From: Octopus vulgaris
Lineage: Eukaryota
Length of the DNA stretch: 64,000 nucleotides
NCBI GenBank assembly: GCA_951406725.2
Contig: OX597816.1
Location: forward strand, 101,928,001 to 101,992,000
Reading direction: 5' to 3'
The notes beneath the pieces were generated by a model. That model made no database searches. It had not been told where the DNA came from and was given only the letters and a program-made list of their open reading frames with translations. Position 1 is the first letter of the stretch, and every line of letters begins with the position of its first letter. Positions 11,796 to 25,266 of the stretch are shown here, one piece after another. The position numbers were made by a program, and so were the translations under genes.

Positions 11796-14700
11796 AGAAA
11801 GTAGCTTTTGATAAATTATTTATAAAATTTTTATTTCAGATTTTCTACCAATGAAAGAATGTAATAAAAAAAATATAAAATACCATACATTGTTGAAGTT
11901 TTCTGCAAACAAAAGTCCCATTATTCTAATTAAGTGTTAAAGTAAGAATCAAATTTAACAACAAAGTCAGTGATAAATCCAAATCATAGACATTGCTATT
12001 TAAATATTATACTGAAAACAATTGTTTGCAGAAATGGAAGATCACTAGAAAAATGTTTAACTTCAACCCTTTAAATTTAAGTTCAAACTGCCAGGGTTAA
12101 CATTGCTAGTCATCCTTCTGGGATTGATGATATAAGTAGTAGTCATTTCTTCCTCCCAAAAGTTATGGCCTTGCGCTAATGTTTAGAAATATTACTGTTC
12201 GTACTTATTTTTAAATGTGAGACACATGGACCTTTTAATCTCACTCAACCAGAATATCAATGGAGTATCAATGTGGTTGGTTAAACAATTAGAAATAGCA
12301 GTCATCTCTCTCAAAGCATATCCTACTGAATATGATACAATATCCAAGCGATATGCTGCTATAAAGATATGCATATTTATCAAAAACCAAAAAGATAAAA
12401 TGGTATAAAGTACAACTTCTCTATAGAAATTTAATGGCTTGTTCTGCAGGTTTACAGAATATGAATTACAGACAGAAGAAATACACTGCCAATAATCTAT
12501 GGTCATCTTCTAAGATAGTGAAAATGGAAGTTGATGACTGTGTGTGCGCATATGTATGCATGTGCACGCACCCTTGTTTATTTCATTAGCACATTAACTC
12601 ATGTACTCTGAAAATGTACTTCCTCAGCAACAACACACACTCTCAAAATCACTTCAACAAACAACTGTGTTGATGATACCTAATTGTTGTACTAAAAGAA
12701 AACATAGTAAAAACTAGAAGTGAGCTTCCTCATTGCAATGGAAGAAACAAATGACAGCCTTAAAATGTTAGACAATGTATAGATATATAAGTTTAAACTA
12801 ATGTATGGACATATAAGTTAAACCGTCCTTAACTCTAGATAGGAATGTGTAAGAGTAAACTAAAGTAAATAGCTTAGAGTAAAATAATACTCTATGAACA
12901 CTATATGAAGTAAACACACTTCAGGAAAAATGCTACAAGAGCTGTTCTCAGTTTAACACAAAACAATGAGAATGAGAGTAAGTGGACCATCTCTTCTGTA
13001 TTTTCAAGCATCAATAAAGTTTTTGATATGCTGTATAATGTAGGCAGAAATTGTATTCTTAAACACACTTAACCACATGTACACAAAAAACACCTGATTT
13101 TGAACTAGCTGTGCTTTGAAATGTAATTTGTAACCATTGCAGAGTTGAGATACAAGAATTTTTGAGATCTCAATTGCAAGAACTGGATGCTGTTGATATA
13201 CGATACCAACTTGATGGCAACATTAAAGGTTGTTTTCCAAATCTGATTTTAACTAACCTCACTTCAACATTGTTTATGACCTCAGACTACATGTTAACAA
13301 ACTTTGATACAGCTAAAAATAACACTGACTATGAAATTAACTTTTTAGCAACATAGCTTTTGACATGCATAATTGAAAATATAATTCATGTGTTTTAAAT
13401 AACCAATATAACTATCATTATACAACTGTTGGTTTAAAATATGCAATTATTTATAAATAGTTATAGAATTAACAGAACCACCAAATATACAACACAAGTG
13501 ACTTGTCTAATATATTTTCTCATTACATTAACAGAAAATTTACATTAAACAGATAGGCTGCTACAAGAATGCTAGTTAATATTTACAAATTTACTAATTT
13601 CATATACTAATTATATAAACTATTGAGTTGTAAATAAAACACTTGTGGGACAAAAACAGAAAACAAAAGCACATATTTTGAACTTCTACTTCCTTTTAAT
13701 TTGATAGGTTTGTTCAAAATAGACAAATGTATTTCATCAGGTCAATCATTTCTTACACAACTAAAAATTTACTTTAAGCACTGAAATGTAAATTTATAAA
13801 GAAAATAGCCAATTATTCTTTAATAGCACTGAAAGCTGATGTCAATTTCTGAATATTTAAAGATTTACAAAGGTAAAATCATGTCTGTCTAGCTTTCTTT
13901 CTAATGACTTAAATAACACCCAAACTAATCCATTCATCATGATTATATCTTACTTTACAATCTGAAAGGAGTGACATCATATAATACTTAGAGCTGCTTG
14001 TTCAAATTTTTAAAAAATGTTCAATCTTCAACTAATCAGTTATTCAAATTAGTTCATTTGAATAAGTGAATTCAAATTAACTAACTTAAAGTTAATTTTA
14101 TTATATAATTTAACATTATGGCATACTATTATAGCATCTAAGATAACTGTTGATGTTTGAAAACACATAAAAGTAAAATTCTGTATTGTTTATCTTTTAC
14201 TTGTTTCTGTCATTAGACTGCAGACACACTGAGGCACCACCATGAAAGGTTCAGTCAAACAAATCGACCCCAGGACATAACTTTTTTCTAAGCCTGGTAC
14301 TTACTCTATCAGTTTCTTTTTTGCTGAACCACTAATGCACACATAAGAGTTAATAGAATAAGTCAATTCAGTTGTCTGTACCTTTTTACTGTGTGTAAAA
14401 AGACATCATTACAGTTAGCAGCTTTATTAATATTTTCCAGATGTATGATTCAGGAAAGTCAGTTGTGTAGTCATCTGAATACTTTGTTTATATACTATCA
14501 TTTTCAAAAGAGCAGAACATCACAGTCCAAAAGATTACAACTGTGATATAAAACTATAACTATTATTTAAAGTCACTTGAAATTATTTACAAACATACAA
14601 TCTCTTGATACATAAACATTCTCATATGTTATATACGCTATAGTTTAAATCTCTAAATGTGCATCTACTTTAGCTCTGGAGATGATTATACATAGCCTGA

Positions 14701-16789
14701 TGTGTCTCATCTGTACATCTAATGTAAATGGGCCAATTACAGCTGCAGCTTCTATACACTTCTCATTTTTGACTTCCTCTACTACACAAGTGAACTCCTT
14801 TATGGTCAATGAAACCACTAGAAATAACAGCTAAATATCACTCAAAACACAGTCTACCATCTAAAACAGAAATGGGATGGGCATGTCTGGAATACTTTTT
14901 GATCATAAGTCTGTTTTATCAAAGCTGACTTGGGGACATTTTAATTACAGAAAAAACTACAGTGAAATATACAAAAAAGATTCAATTTAAAACAACAAAC
15001 CATCACTAATATCTGAAGTAACACTCAAAGTATTGAAGTAAAATTAATAAATTGTTTAAATTACTCTTGCAATTAAAAGTTTAGGTGAGTTAAATGCTCC
15101 CATGAATTCATAAGGCTTAGTGCTCAGCTCTAGTTTAAAGTGACAAAGAACAAATCTTTCTCTTGATAAGATACTAATCTGCCACAAGCAACTTTTCCCT
15201 TTGATATCCCTTCTTAGAGTGCCTTACAAGAGTCTTAGCAGAAATGTGAATTTTGTTTCAAACACAACTCAGTGACAAATCAAATAGCTTGTTTCAACAT
15301 TTTATAAGCACAACAACAAACAAAACCAATTAAAGTGACCATACAAACACACACAGTAATCTTTCCATATCAGGATGGAATAATCTGTTATCACTATGAG
15401 AAGCTGCTGCAAAAGTTCAGTCTTTATCCCAGTGTTTTACAAGGTGTTCTGCTTTTAAAGGGCATCTTTCCAATGAAATAGTACCACTAATCACTCTTAA
15501 GTTTTGCCGGTGAGAGGATTTAAGCCCAATACTGCAAACTAACAAAACATTCATCACTTACGCAATATCTAATCTACATAATTGGAGTTAGATGTGTAAA
15601 TTTCCATGGAACCTAATTTCAGCTGGAAAGACTATGTTATTGAGAATGTCTTTGCAAGGGTGTAAAAGTAGTACAATAATTTATCTTTCACTACAATTTC
15701 CCAAACCAAATTAACCTAATCTTTTCCACCACCTCTGCCAAGCGATGTTAAGTGTTGGCCACCTCACAAGCCCAAAAGGATGACACTTCCAATTTATTTG
15801 TTGACTATAGAGTTGGTTTAGGCTATAAAGTGTTTATATTTCTGCTCATCAATTATGAACTCATATTTTTTCACAGAGCAAATTTTCCTGGGACAGATAC
15901 TCAAATATATCTGCTTTTATCAGTATACCTGACTGAAATGACATGCTAGACATACCAGTAGAATCGCAGGTTATGAAAATGTTAGAGAATACAACAAAAG
16001 CAAACTAGCATTAAGAGGTAGAATCTCTAAAACATCACAGATGCAGGAGAAGGATATAAATGGAGAAACAAAAACTGCAAGATTATTTCAAATGTCAGCT
16101 GAATGTTAATGTTTTAGACTATTCTGGAACAACTAAATATTGTATGTGTGGGGGGGATGACATTAAAAACAACTCACTGAATCAAGTGATAAATTGAAAG
16201 ATAAATCATAAATGACTTTTTAGTTTAAAAGATAAACTGTTGAAATAAGGAGAATAATTTCTCTTCAATCTATTTCAAGTGTTTCAATCAAAGAGTAATT
16301 TATTTAACATGAAATACTACCACCATCTCCTTCATATTCTGGCAAAGAAAGATGAAAAATTTGTTTTTACATATCTCAGCTGCAGGTGAAGAAGAACCTG
16401 GACAAGGATTAACAAACCTTATTGTCAAGAATATGGTACAAATGTATCAAAAATTCTATTTTTGGCCTTGCATCATTGCTAATGATAAGCAAATTTCATT
16501 TGAATTGTTCCATGTGATTATTATTATATCTTGCAATCAACAGGCACATTTGTTCAATCCCAAACAAAATCAAAATCATTGTCCCCATTATGATACCATA
16601 GCAAAAGCTATAGCTGCACTTAAACTACATTCCCGTATCCATCACAAATAAAGGAAGCTTCTTTTTTTTTTTTTATTCCCCCCACCTCACTACCTTTTTA
16701 AAATCCTTTCCTTCAAATACTCATACCCTGAAATCAACAGGAACGACCATCACCATTATTATTATTATTATTATCATCATTATTATTAT

Positions 16790-17058
16790 TAATCTCAGAC
16801 TTTGGCACAGGGTCAACAGTTTTGAGTGGAGAGAGGTGATTACTTATTTTATAAACCCCAAAAAGGTGAAAGGCAAAGCTGACCTCAGCAGAATTTGAAC
16901 TCAGAACATGAAGACAGACAAAATGCTGTTAAGCATAATGCTGCTAAGCATTTTGTAAGATGTGCTAACATCAACCCCAGTTGAGTGCTGGGGTTGAGGC
17001 AATTAACTGTGTCTCTCTCTCACAAAATTTCAGGCCTTGTGCTTATAATAGAAAAGAT
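16790..17058. mobile_element. Head-to-head fused SINE fragments (minus-strand copy then plus-strand 3' half)
   Basis: Minus copy: aaaggcaaagctgacctcagcagaatttgaactcagaac. Plus 3' part: caaaatttcaggccttgtgcttataatagaaaagat, which abuts the HERO element. Confidence 0.65.
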
Positions 17059-19585
17059 GTTTTGCAATCAACTTGCACATGCAAGTGCTACCAGTCGAGA
17101 ATTCTGCATACCGGAAGCCAGCAAGTGTATGGGGTCATCAGGAGAGAATGTGCGTGATTTTGGGGCCTACTTCTTGACAGCATCAATGCGCACTGGCCCT
17201 GCTTCACTAATATGAGGCCCCGTTTGCTAGATCAACTGGTTATTAAATATAGCTCAATATTCTTCTAGCCATCGCCTCTTTTTAACCAAATCCAGTGGCT
17301 AGCCTTTTCCACTGTAGTTGGGATATCAGACATGGTGGTATTTATTTTACAATGAGTTAGGCCTAACAATAACAATAGTTGTCTTACACTGTGTCCAACA
17401 AACCCTCTACATCCAACTTTGATTGGTAAATACTCCGCTTTCCAGCCTGTGTCTTCACATTCCACGAGGAGGTTTACATAATGGTCAATCTTTCAAGCCC
17501 GAGCGGCGTCCATATTATCTTCATGAGGAACCGTTAACTCGACTAGATTCACAAATTTCTTTCTTTCACACGACATTAAAATGTCCGTTTTTTTCGTAAC
17601 TGGAACGGGAAAGAGTCCTGGCACCCTGGTAAATCTGCAGTCACCTCCCAATAGCGTTCCACTTTTCATCGCTCACAGGAACTTTGTCTTCTTGAAATGG
17701 ATTTGCTGTCCTGAGTGCATGAAGGTAATGAGATCTCTAGTAGGTACTTTCAATGTTTTTGTATCACTGTTGTTGAGATCAATTTGGTTCTTTATAGAAT
17801 TGAAGATAACCTTAAGGAACAAGTTGTGTCTCCATGTATACCTGTTTATGCTAATGAACAGTTGGAAAGAATATGTTTCAGAGTTCCGACTTTTCAGCAT
17901 TTGCATATATCATTCTCTGAGGCGTTCCATCTTACTAGATTTGTAGGTGATGGCAAAACATCATATGATGAATGAATCAGAAAACATAGTCAAGATGTGG
18001 TCCACCTCCATATCTCATCCCAACTTATTTTCCTCTCAACAACATGTTCCTCCAATCTCGTCATCTGTCCTTGTTGAATACATTGGATCAAATTAAACTC
18101 TCTTCTCTCTGCTTCCCTTGTTTTGACACTATTATGAACAACAGATCTGCATTCGCTCCGCATCATACTTGCAAACGGTCTGAACTGATCTGTGCAAAAA
18201 CCAAGTCTCTTCTGATGATTTTGCGTTGCACCCACCATATCTCAGTGTGTAAGAGAAGACAAGATGTCATCAGTCTCTGCTTCTGCTTTCCACTTCTTGG
18301 CTGTTTTCACCTCTGATGGATTACACCCGATTTCCATGTCCCTTGATTCTCTCAGCATCATCACCATTCGTACCTTCTCCAGTTTATATATTTCAACTAT
18401 TGACGCCAGTCGTAACTGCAACAAACCTCTTTTATGATGAAGAGCTGAACTATTCAGCATCCGAGGTAGGCCTAGCCACTTTCTAATGAACACATTACAT
18501 TTTTGTTCAATGATCTGAACTTGTGACAATGCTACCTCGTTTATTAAAAATGGATACAAGCCGAACTGCAAGCACCAAATTTTATATTTACCTGCTAACT
18601 GAATTATCAGTTGTGACAATGTTCCAGGATATACTCGCTCCAAGCTCTTGACGGGTTCTTTTTTGACTGTTGGAATGCTTTCTTCAACTATTCGAAACTT
18701 AACTTCTTTCTGCACTCCCTTAACAAATGTCAGACTAGGCGACTTTTTTGCTCTAAACCGCATCCTTGACCACCTCACAAGTTCATCTAGTCTCAAGAGG
18801 GCACTCTGCATGATTTGCTCATCTGTAGATAGAAGTGTCACGTCATCCATGAAGGCTTTCTTAAGCGATTGTATATGGGCGATTTGTTCCAAAAAATCCA
18901 CTGCTTTCAAAATCATCTCCATGACTAAGATACACCATGTAACAGATATTGTACAGCCAGCAGCAATGCCAATCTCTAATCGGTGCCAATCTGTTGTAAA
19001 ATCTCCAGCTGTAAACCTCATCTTGAAACTGCCATAATATATTCTCATTATTTCATTAGCTAGGTCAAGTCATACCACATTCAGACTTCTCTTGTTCTGT
19101 TTGGCATCCTGGATCACTTTCCAAATCAAAAAACAGTGTTCAACACATCCCGGGATTCCGGCCTTTTGAGCAGATTCATCAACATATCCATTACTCTGTA
19201 AATATGTCACTGTTCTCCTCGAAAGAATTCCCATAAAGATCTTGCCTTCCACATTCAATAAGGATATCAGCCTAAACTGCTTTATAGTCTCTGCATTGGC
19301 CTCCTTCGGCAGGTATATGTCTTCTGCTTTACACCAACCCTCTACTAGAGTCTCTTCGTGCCACAGTTGTTGGCGTAGGACAAAGAGCTTCTTCCACTGA
19401 CGATTGCAATATTTGTAAACTTTATACAAGATGCCATCACCTCCTGGGGCACTCTTTGCTCTAGCTTTTCTTACGAAATCATTCACTTCTTTCTCTCTGA
19501 TGTCACCAATTTGAAATTCGATATCAGGTTCTAAGAGATGCTTCAGCCCATGTAGAGGTGGCAGTGGCTGGTTATCTTCTGACAC
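17055..19585 (-). mobile_element. HERO-clade non-LTR retrotransposon, 5'-truncated and frameshifted (RT, zinc-knuckle region, restriction-like endonuclease)
   Basis: ORF pieces 19070-19654 (KARAKSAPGGDGILYKVYK, FRLISLLNVEGKIF, SAQKAGIPG), 18242-19048 (GIAAGCTIS, KAFMDDVT), 17673-17906 (RYTWRHN) and 17265-17465 (PIKVGCRGF, EKASHWIWLKR). These motifs are typical of HERO/R2-like REL elements. Confidence 0.9.
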
Positions 19586-19623
19586 TGATGACATCACCGT
19601 CATCATCATCAAGATAATAATAA

Positions 19624-20161
19624 TGCCCTGATGCAATTCCAAGCACTGGTTCACATGGCCTCTGATCTTAACTGACTGGAAGTGTTATCATGTACATGTA
19701 TTGTCTTGGTATAAAAGATGGGCTACTGCAAATATTTTGTTCAATACCACAGATTTCCTAGTCGGCTGTTCAACCATAACCAGTTGAGCAAGTCCCTTAA
19801 TGACTGACAATATGTGCATCTCTGATCAAGAGCAGAAATAGTGGGGGAGCATCATAACAATGTGTTAGGAGGAATTCTTTGGAGTTTGAATAATTCACCT
19901 TTGGAAATATGGGTGTTTTATTCAACATCTTTAAACAACCTTTATTCAAGGAACTTTGAGTGAGGTGAGCTACTCAACCTGAAAAAAAATTCAAACTGGA
20001 CCCCACCAGCAAGGTCATGTGCTGCTTACCTTGATATGAGATCACCATATCATGCACATAAGGCTGTGACACATGTGCCTGGTGTACCCTCATCAGATAG
20101 GTATACTGGGCTTATATTTTACCCCAGTGTCACTTTGATGGCATGCCCTGTTCTCTCACTC
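19624..20161. mobile_element. ~540 bp non-coding interspersed repeat inserted in a (TAA)n microsatellite, possibly a non-autonomous R4/Dong-related element
   Basis: More GC-rich block bounded on both sides by (AAT)n (19614-19624 and 20162-20178), with no clear ORF. Dong elements are known to target TAA repeats. The family assignment is inference. Confidence 0.45.
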
Positions 20162-23100
20162 AATAATAATAATAATAAATGGCACACTAGTCATAATACT
20201 GATTTGAACTCAGTTTGTACAAATACAAAGCAAAAGCCAAACATATAATAATAATTTTGTTTTATTTATTTTGTGATAAAAATATTATTAATATTAGTAT
20301 TATTTTGTACTAATAAAGAAATAAGTATTAGGTGGTACTTATTCTATCAGTCTCTTATAGGACCACCTGTTTAAGTTTCAAATATGCCCTACAATAGAGA
20401 CAAGTAACCATAACTAAAGGCACCAATCAAGTTCTCCATTTGACTGACTAAGTCCGTGCTGTGGATCTTTGAACAGAGTTCACCATAACAACTTCATTAT
20501 AATTTCATCAATCACAGAAAGAAATACCAATATCACATTTGAATGTGTGCCAACTGGCAGACCAACAGGATCCACAAATATTATCAAGCTGATATACTAG
20601 TATATACACAATTAACACCTTAGAAAATTCTTCAGAATATCCATTGTCTTTAGTTAAATTAAATAATCAAAATTCTCCTAAGATAAACCTTAGATTTACT
20701 GATTTCCCCTGCATTTAACAAACAAGACAAGTTTCCTCTTAGCTAGAATTCTTGTCTATCTACACTAAACTTTCTTACGCATCATACTGAATTTCCAGCT
20801 GATCTGACATAAGTGATTGGTACCAGATAATGACCTTCAAAGAATATAGCTGTTTCTAAATGTTGCCTAAAACAAAATGATATTACAGATGCTTATATAA
20901 GACATCAGTAAAGTAGAACAATTCTACTTGTTTACTTCTTATTTCTAGGGAAAGATTTTGATTCAATGTAACTGCCTGAAAATCAGTTTCACTAACCTCA
21001 TACAGTTGTCAAAGAGCCAATAAAAGAATTGAGATGTTGGATGAAAATCAGAAGTTTTATTAACATAGAAAGAAATGTTGAAATTATGAATAATAATAGT
21101 AGAAAATAGTAGCTTAGAAGGGAACATAAAAAGAACGACTAATAATTTATAAAAAGATGGTTTATATTACGAATATATTATTTTCTCATAACTGCTAATT
21201 ATTTTTTTCTTCAATTGAGTAGGTTTATATCCTGTGGAAATTAGAAAAACATGAAAACAAAAGAGAAGAGAAGATAAAGATTGGTGAAATTAAATTTTTC
21301 TGTAGATTTAATATTGAGAAAGAAACATTCAAAGTGAATGAACTTTATAAGTAATGATGGACATCTCAGAGAGAAATAACAAGATGATAATAAGGTTGAG
21401 ATGGTGCCACTAAACTAAGACATAGTAGCAGTAATAATATTAGAGGGTAATAAACGGTTCAGAGCTAACATATCAAAATAGTTCTTAATAAAAACAAATG
21501 AATTATTTAGTATAGTAGTAAGAATTCAAATCTATTGAGCTCACATTAGATCATGTTGGGGGTATATGGGTTTTTGATAAAGGCACATATTCCAGTACAT
21601 TCTTGGAGAATCCCTGGGATGATGCAATGGTAACTGGTGGCAGGGTCTTTTATCTAAGCTGAGGGGCCACACCAGCTCCTTACTGCTTACATGAGATACA
21701 CACAGATACAGCTAAGAGATAAGTAAAGAGATATTACAGTATCTAACATACAAGGCTTAGGAATAGTAACAAGAAAATAATACATAAGGATAAAGTTATC
21801 TGTAAATAGATGTAGAGTGAAGTGATTAAAGATATAAAAAACAGTGTTGAAGAAATGAGAAGAGATGTATGGCACCAAGAATATTTGGAAAGATAAAGGT
21901 AAATTGTTACTAACTTAATGAATCAAGATCTAATTACCTCATGCAAATGTGACAGTGCTGGCTTGACTTTAACCAATGAAATACTTCTAATCCTTAACTT
22001 CAGATTATCTTTCCAAGTCAAACACATAGCAGGATTAGAGCTCAGATCAATGAAACACTATATAGTTTTCCCTAGTGAATTATATAGCATTCTATATAAG
22101 GGCTGTACACTTTATAATTATCCTTTTACAGTTAGGTAGAAACAGCCATAATTAAATGTATTAACTCAGTGTAGTATCACCCAACCTAATGTCTAGTAAG
22201 CCAACACTATCAATTATACCAGCTGTGACTGCTATTCATGGTTAATTAATCAGAAATAATTTAAACTAAAATTTCTAAAGTGAGATGCAGCCATGTAAAA
22301 AAGAAAACAAAAAATGCTGACAATAATTTAACATATATTTCACAAAAAGTCTCCTTAAAAGAAGTTAAGAGTTTTTCATAAAAATATCACTTGTATAACA
22401 CAATCTGTCAAGGCTGTGAAAGAAGTATATCTCACCTTACACACACACACACACGTGTATGAGTGCATGTGTGCATGTGTGTGTGCAAGAGAAAGACAGC
22501 CGTGTAGTTTGTTTGTTATAAATCAAAGATAAGGGCTGATAAATATCCAAAGATAATTTTCTAAAAAAAAAAGCCCTGTTCACACTCCAATAACCAGAAG
22601 CAAAGTATATTTACAGAGTAAACATCCCATTTAAAACAACAAGCCCAAACTGTTTGCACTCTAATCAGGTATATGTATCATCCCTCTAAACACCTAAGCA
22701 TAGGAAGTAAAGGGGGTCAGATATCATTTCAAAAAAGAAGGAAAAAACATGGTTTAAATGGGACTGGTGGGACTATTTCACTAATTTACACATGCCTCAA
22801 TATTTGCACTTGATGCTGTTGACCTATGCAATATTAAGAGATACAATAAAAATAGTAATGTTCTATTTTTTTAGATCCTTTATGAAAAATACATTTTTGC
22901 ATCTTTGGTTACCTTCACAATAATATAAGATTCCTACCCCTCCATAGGAGAAAAAAAAAAGATTATTAACACCATCTGCAGGGCAGAAATAGAAAACGAC
23001 AAAAGATCAAGATGAGTATAAATACACTGTATAGTAGACCAGCCAGCTCCAAACTGAAGGTAAGTATAAAAAATATAGCTGCAAAACATTGATGAGCCTG

Positions 23101-23214
23101 GCGATGATGAGCGACAAAGCAGATAATTACTACAAAGATTATATATGTGATTTGATTTTACAGAATAATTTTGCTCAAATTGTTGGAATAAACTTGAATG
23201 CTTATTGAAATATT

Positions 23215-23426
23215 CTTTTCTACTCTAGGCAAAAAGCCCAAAATTTTTGGGGAGGGGACCAGTCGATTAGATTGACCCCAGTACGTAACTGGTACTTAAT
23301 TTATCAACTTCAAAGGGATGAAAGACAAAGTTAACCTTGGCGGAATTTGAACTCAGAATGTAAAGACATGAAATACCGCTAAGCATTTCGCCTGGTGTGC
23401 TAACATTTCTGCCAGCTCACCATCTT
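23215..23426 (-). mobile_element. Full-length tRNA-derived SINE with 17 bp target-site duplication
   Basis: Minus-strand head ggtgagctggcagaaatgttagc...gagttcaaattccgcc, central box and tail present. TSD atgcttattgaaatatt at 23198-23214 and 23427-23443. Related decayed copies near 12030-12195, 25890-26070, 29950-30100, 32830-32960, 39360-39480, 42050-42430, 56040-56130, 56830-57130 and 62340-62472. Confidence 0.88.
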
Positions 23427-23692
23427 ATGCTTATTGAAATATTAACCAATTAATAATTAAATAAGATTAGTTAAATCAAATAACAGTGCCTGACCCATAC
23501 AAGCATGGAAAAGTGGACACTGAGATGATGATGATGAAGATGGGCCAGACAAAATGTTTTCCTTAAAGATAGTTTTTTGTTTGCAGCAAGGTTTTCATTC
23601 AAGATCTGTGTTTAAATGGTCTTCTGTCTAACAAGAAATATTATCACCAGCTTACTAATTATACTCATGCCATTAGCATATTAAATGCTTAA

Positions 23693-23914
23693 ACCTTTCA
23701 CATTTAAACTAGTGATATCCAGCCAAAATATTCTACATGTTTTAGGTTCAAACTGACCAGATCCAGCCTGTCATGCGCCCGCTCTAAAATGTCATCCTAA
23801 GACTAAGTAGTTGCATCACTGAAATCTCAAAACTATAAGATAATGCCTGATTATTTCTAAACAATGTAAAAAAATACGCATTACATTTGACAGAATAATC
23901 TGAATACTAAAGGG
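23693..23914 (+). mobile_element. piggyBac-type MITE, family A
   Basis: TTAA-acctttcacattt...aatactaaaggg-TTAG. The body is homologous to the copies at 29402-29621, 31012-31210, 31545-31764 and 62508-62728. Confidence 0.7.
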
Positions 23915-25046
23915 TTAGTGTATCATAAATTATATTTTACTGCAGACTAAGTTTTACAAAAAGAAGTTCGCATTTTTTTTTTATCAATGTGGTAACTGTT
24001 AAACTATAAAATACGTTTAACAACTGATTGAAAATTTGGCTAAAGAAATGCTGAAAATCTCAACAGAAGCCATAGTAGCAGTAGTGGAGATGAAATATCA
24101 AGCAACCAAAATAGATGTAAACTCTTCTACCAAAACAAGTGCAATAAGGAACATCACCGTATGTTTTTAGTGAACCATAAGACTTGCCAAACTTTATTTT
24201 TAACATCTTTACTTATTACACCCATACACATATATAATTACCTCAATTAACTCCAGTTTTAAAACAGAAGAAAGTTTTCATTTTACAAAAATAGACTGTC
24301 TTTATAATTTAATTTCATATCATCTAAAAACTGGCTCTGAGAAAAGAGACACGAATGTATCTGATAAAATTATACTCAGTCTTCTTTTTCTGATGAATGA
24401 AGAAACTTAGAACTAGAAATAATAATAACCAATAAATTTGAATGATTTTCTTTTGGACACTTGAACAACAGTTAATGGTCATGACATTACACTGTATTGC
24501 TTCTTTTTCCTCTGTGAAATCTGACAAGGGGGATCATATATTTTCCCTTTTTTTATGGCCTAGTCCAAGGAGGAGGGTAATTCCCATTATCTTATTGCAT
24601 GGCCTCCAAGATTGGGGGTGGTGTGATAGGGAAATTAAACCACAATTCAAACTGGAAAATGCTTGCAACAGAGTGGACACTGCAGGAAGCAGTGGGGAAA
24701 ATAGTGCTAAATTAAGTAATGAATTAAATTTACTAAATCCTTTAATGACTGTATAATAATTAGTAAAAGAAACAGAAATCTTCATTGATAAATTCATATC
24801 ACTTAACCTCAGAAATAAGATTAAGTAGATGAAACTAATATAATTTTCATTCGCTAAATAAGACCACTTAATGTGACTTACAATGTTTGCCTAAACAAGC
24901 AAAGGAATTAAAATAACAGATTAATCACACTTATTAATCCAACATAGTTTTATTTATACAGTATTTAATTAATATATTTTTTAATTCAACATCACCAGGT
25001 ATCTTGCTTTTTAAATACATATTTCATTTTTTTAAGGAAGCATTAA

Positions 25047-25266
25047 CCCTTTCATTACTGTATTTATTTTGAGATGCTCTGTGTTTCCTTCGATTACTTT
25101 AAATATAACAAAGAATTTAATAAAATAACTTAGTTATCATTCAGCTAGTGTTACGAACATAAATTGTGGCTAAGGTTTGGTGGAAGATTTTAATTCAAAA
25201 CTTATGAAAACAAGAAATTTGTACTCAGAGCCAGAGCCAGTTTCAGCCGGGTTGGTAATGAAAGAG
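25047..25266. mobile_element. piggyBac-type MITE, family B
   Basis: TTAA TSD at 25043-25046 and 25267-25270. TIRs ccctttcattac / gtaatgaaagag. Confidence 0.8.

Noticed and set aside
12980-13360. Possible ancient Tc1/mariner-type remnant (LDAVDIRYQLDG resembling WFQQDG)
   Set aside because: A single weak motif with no TIRs identified; too degraded to call.
15555-15630. Minus-strand segment with good acceptor (tctttccAG) and donor (GTAAGT) as an extra CDK5RAP2 exon
   Set aside because: In-frame TAA in the phase needed to join exon 9565-9641. At most a non-coding or cryptic exon.
17581-19037. Plus-strand ORFs 17581-17946, 17715-17975, 18044-18316 and 18648-19037 (also 48986-49351)
   Set aside because: Antisense shadows of the HERO ORF with no independent protein motifs.
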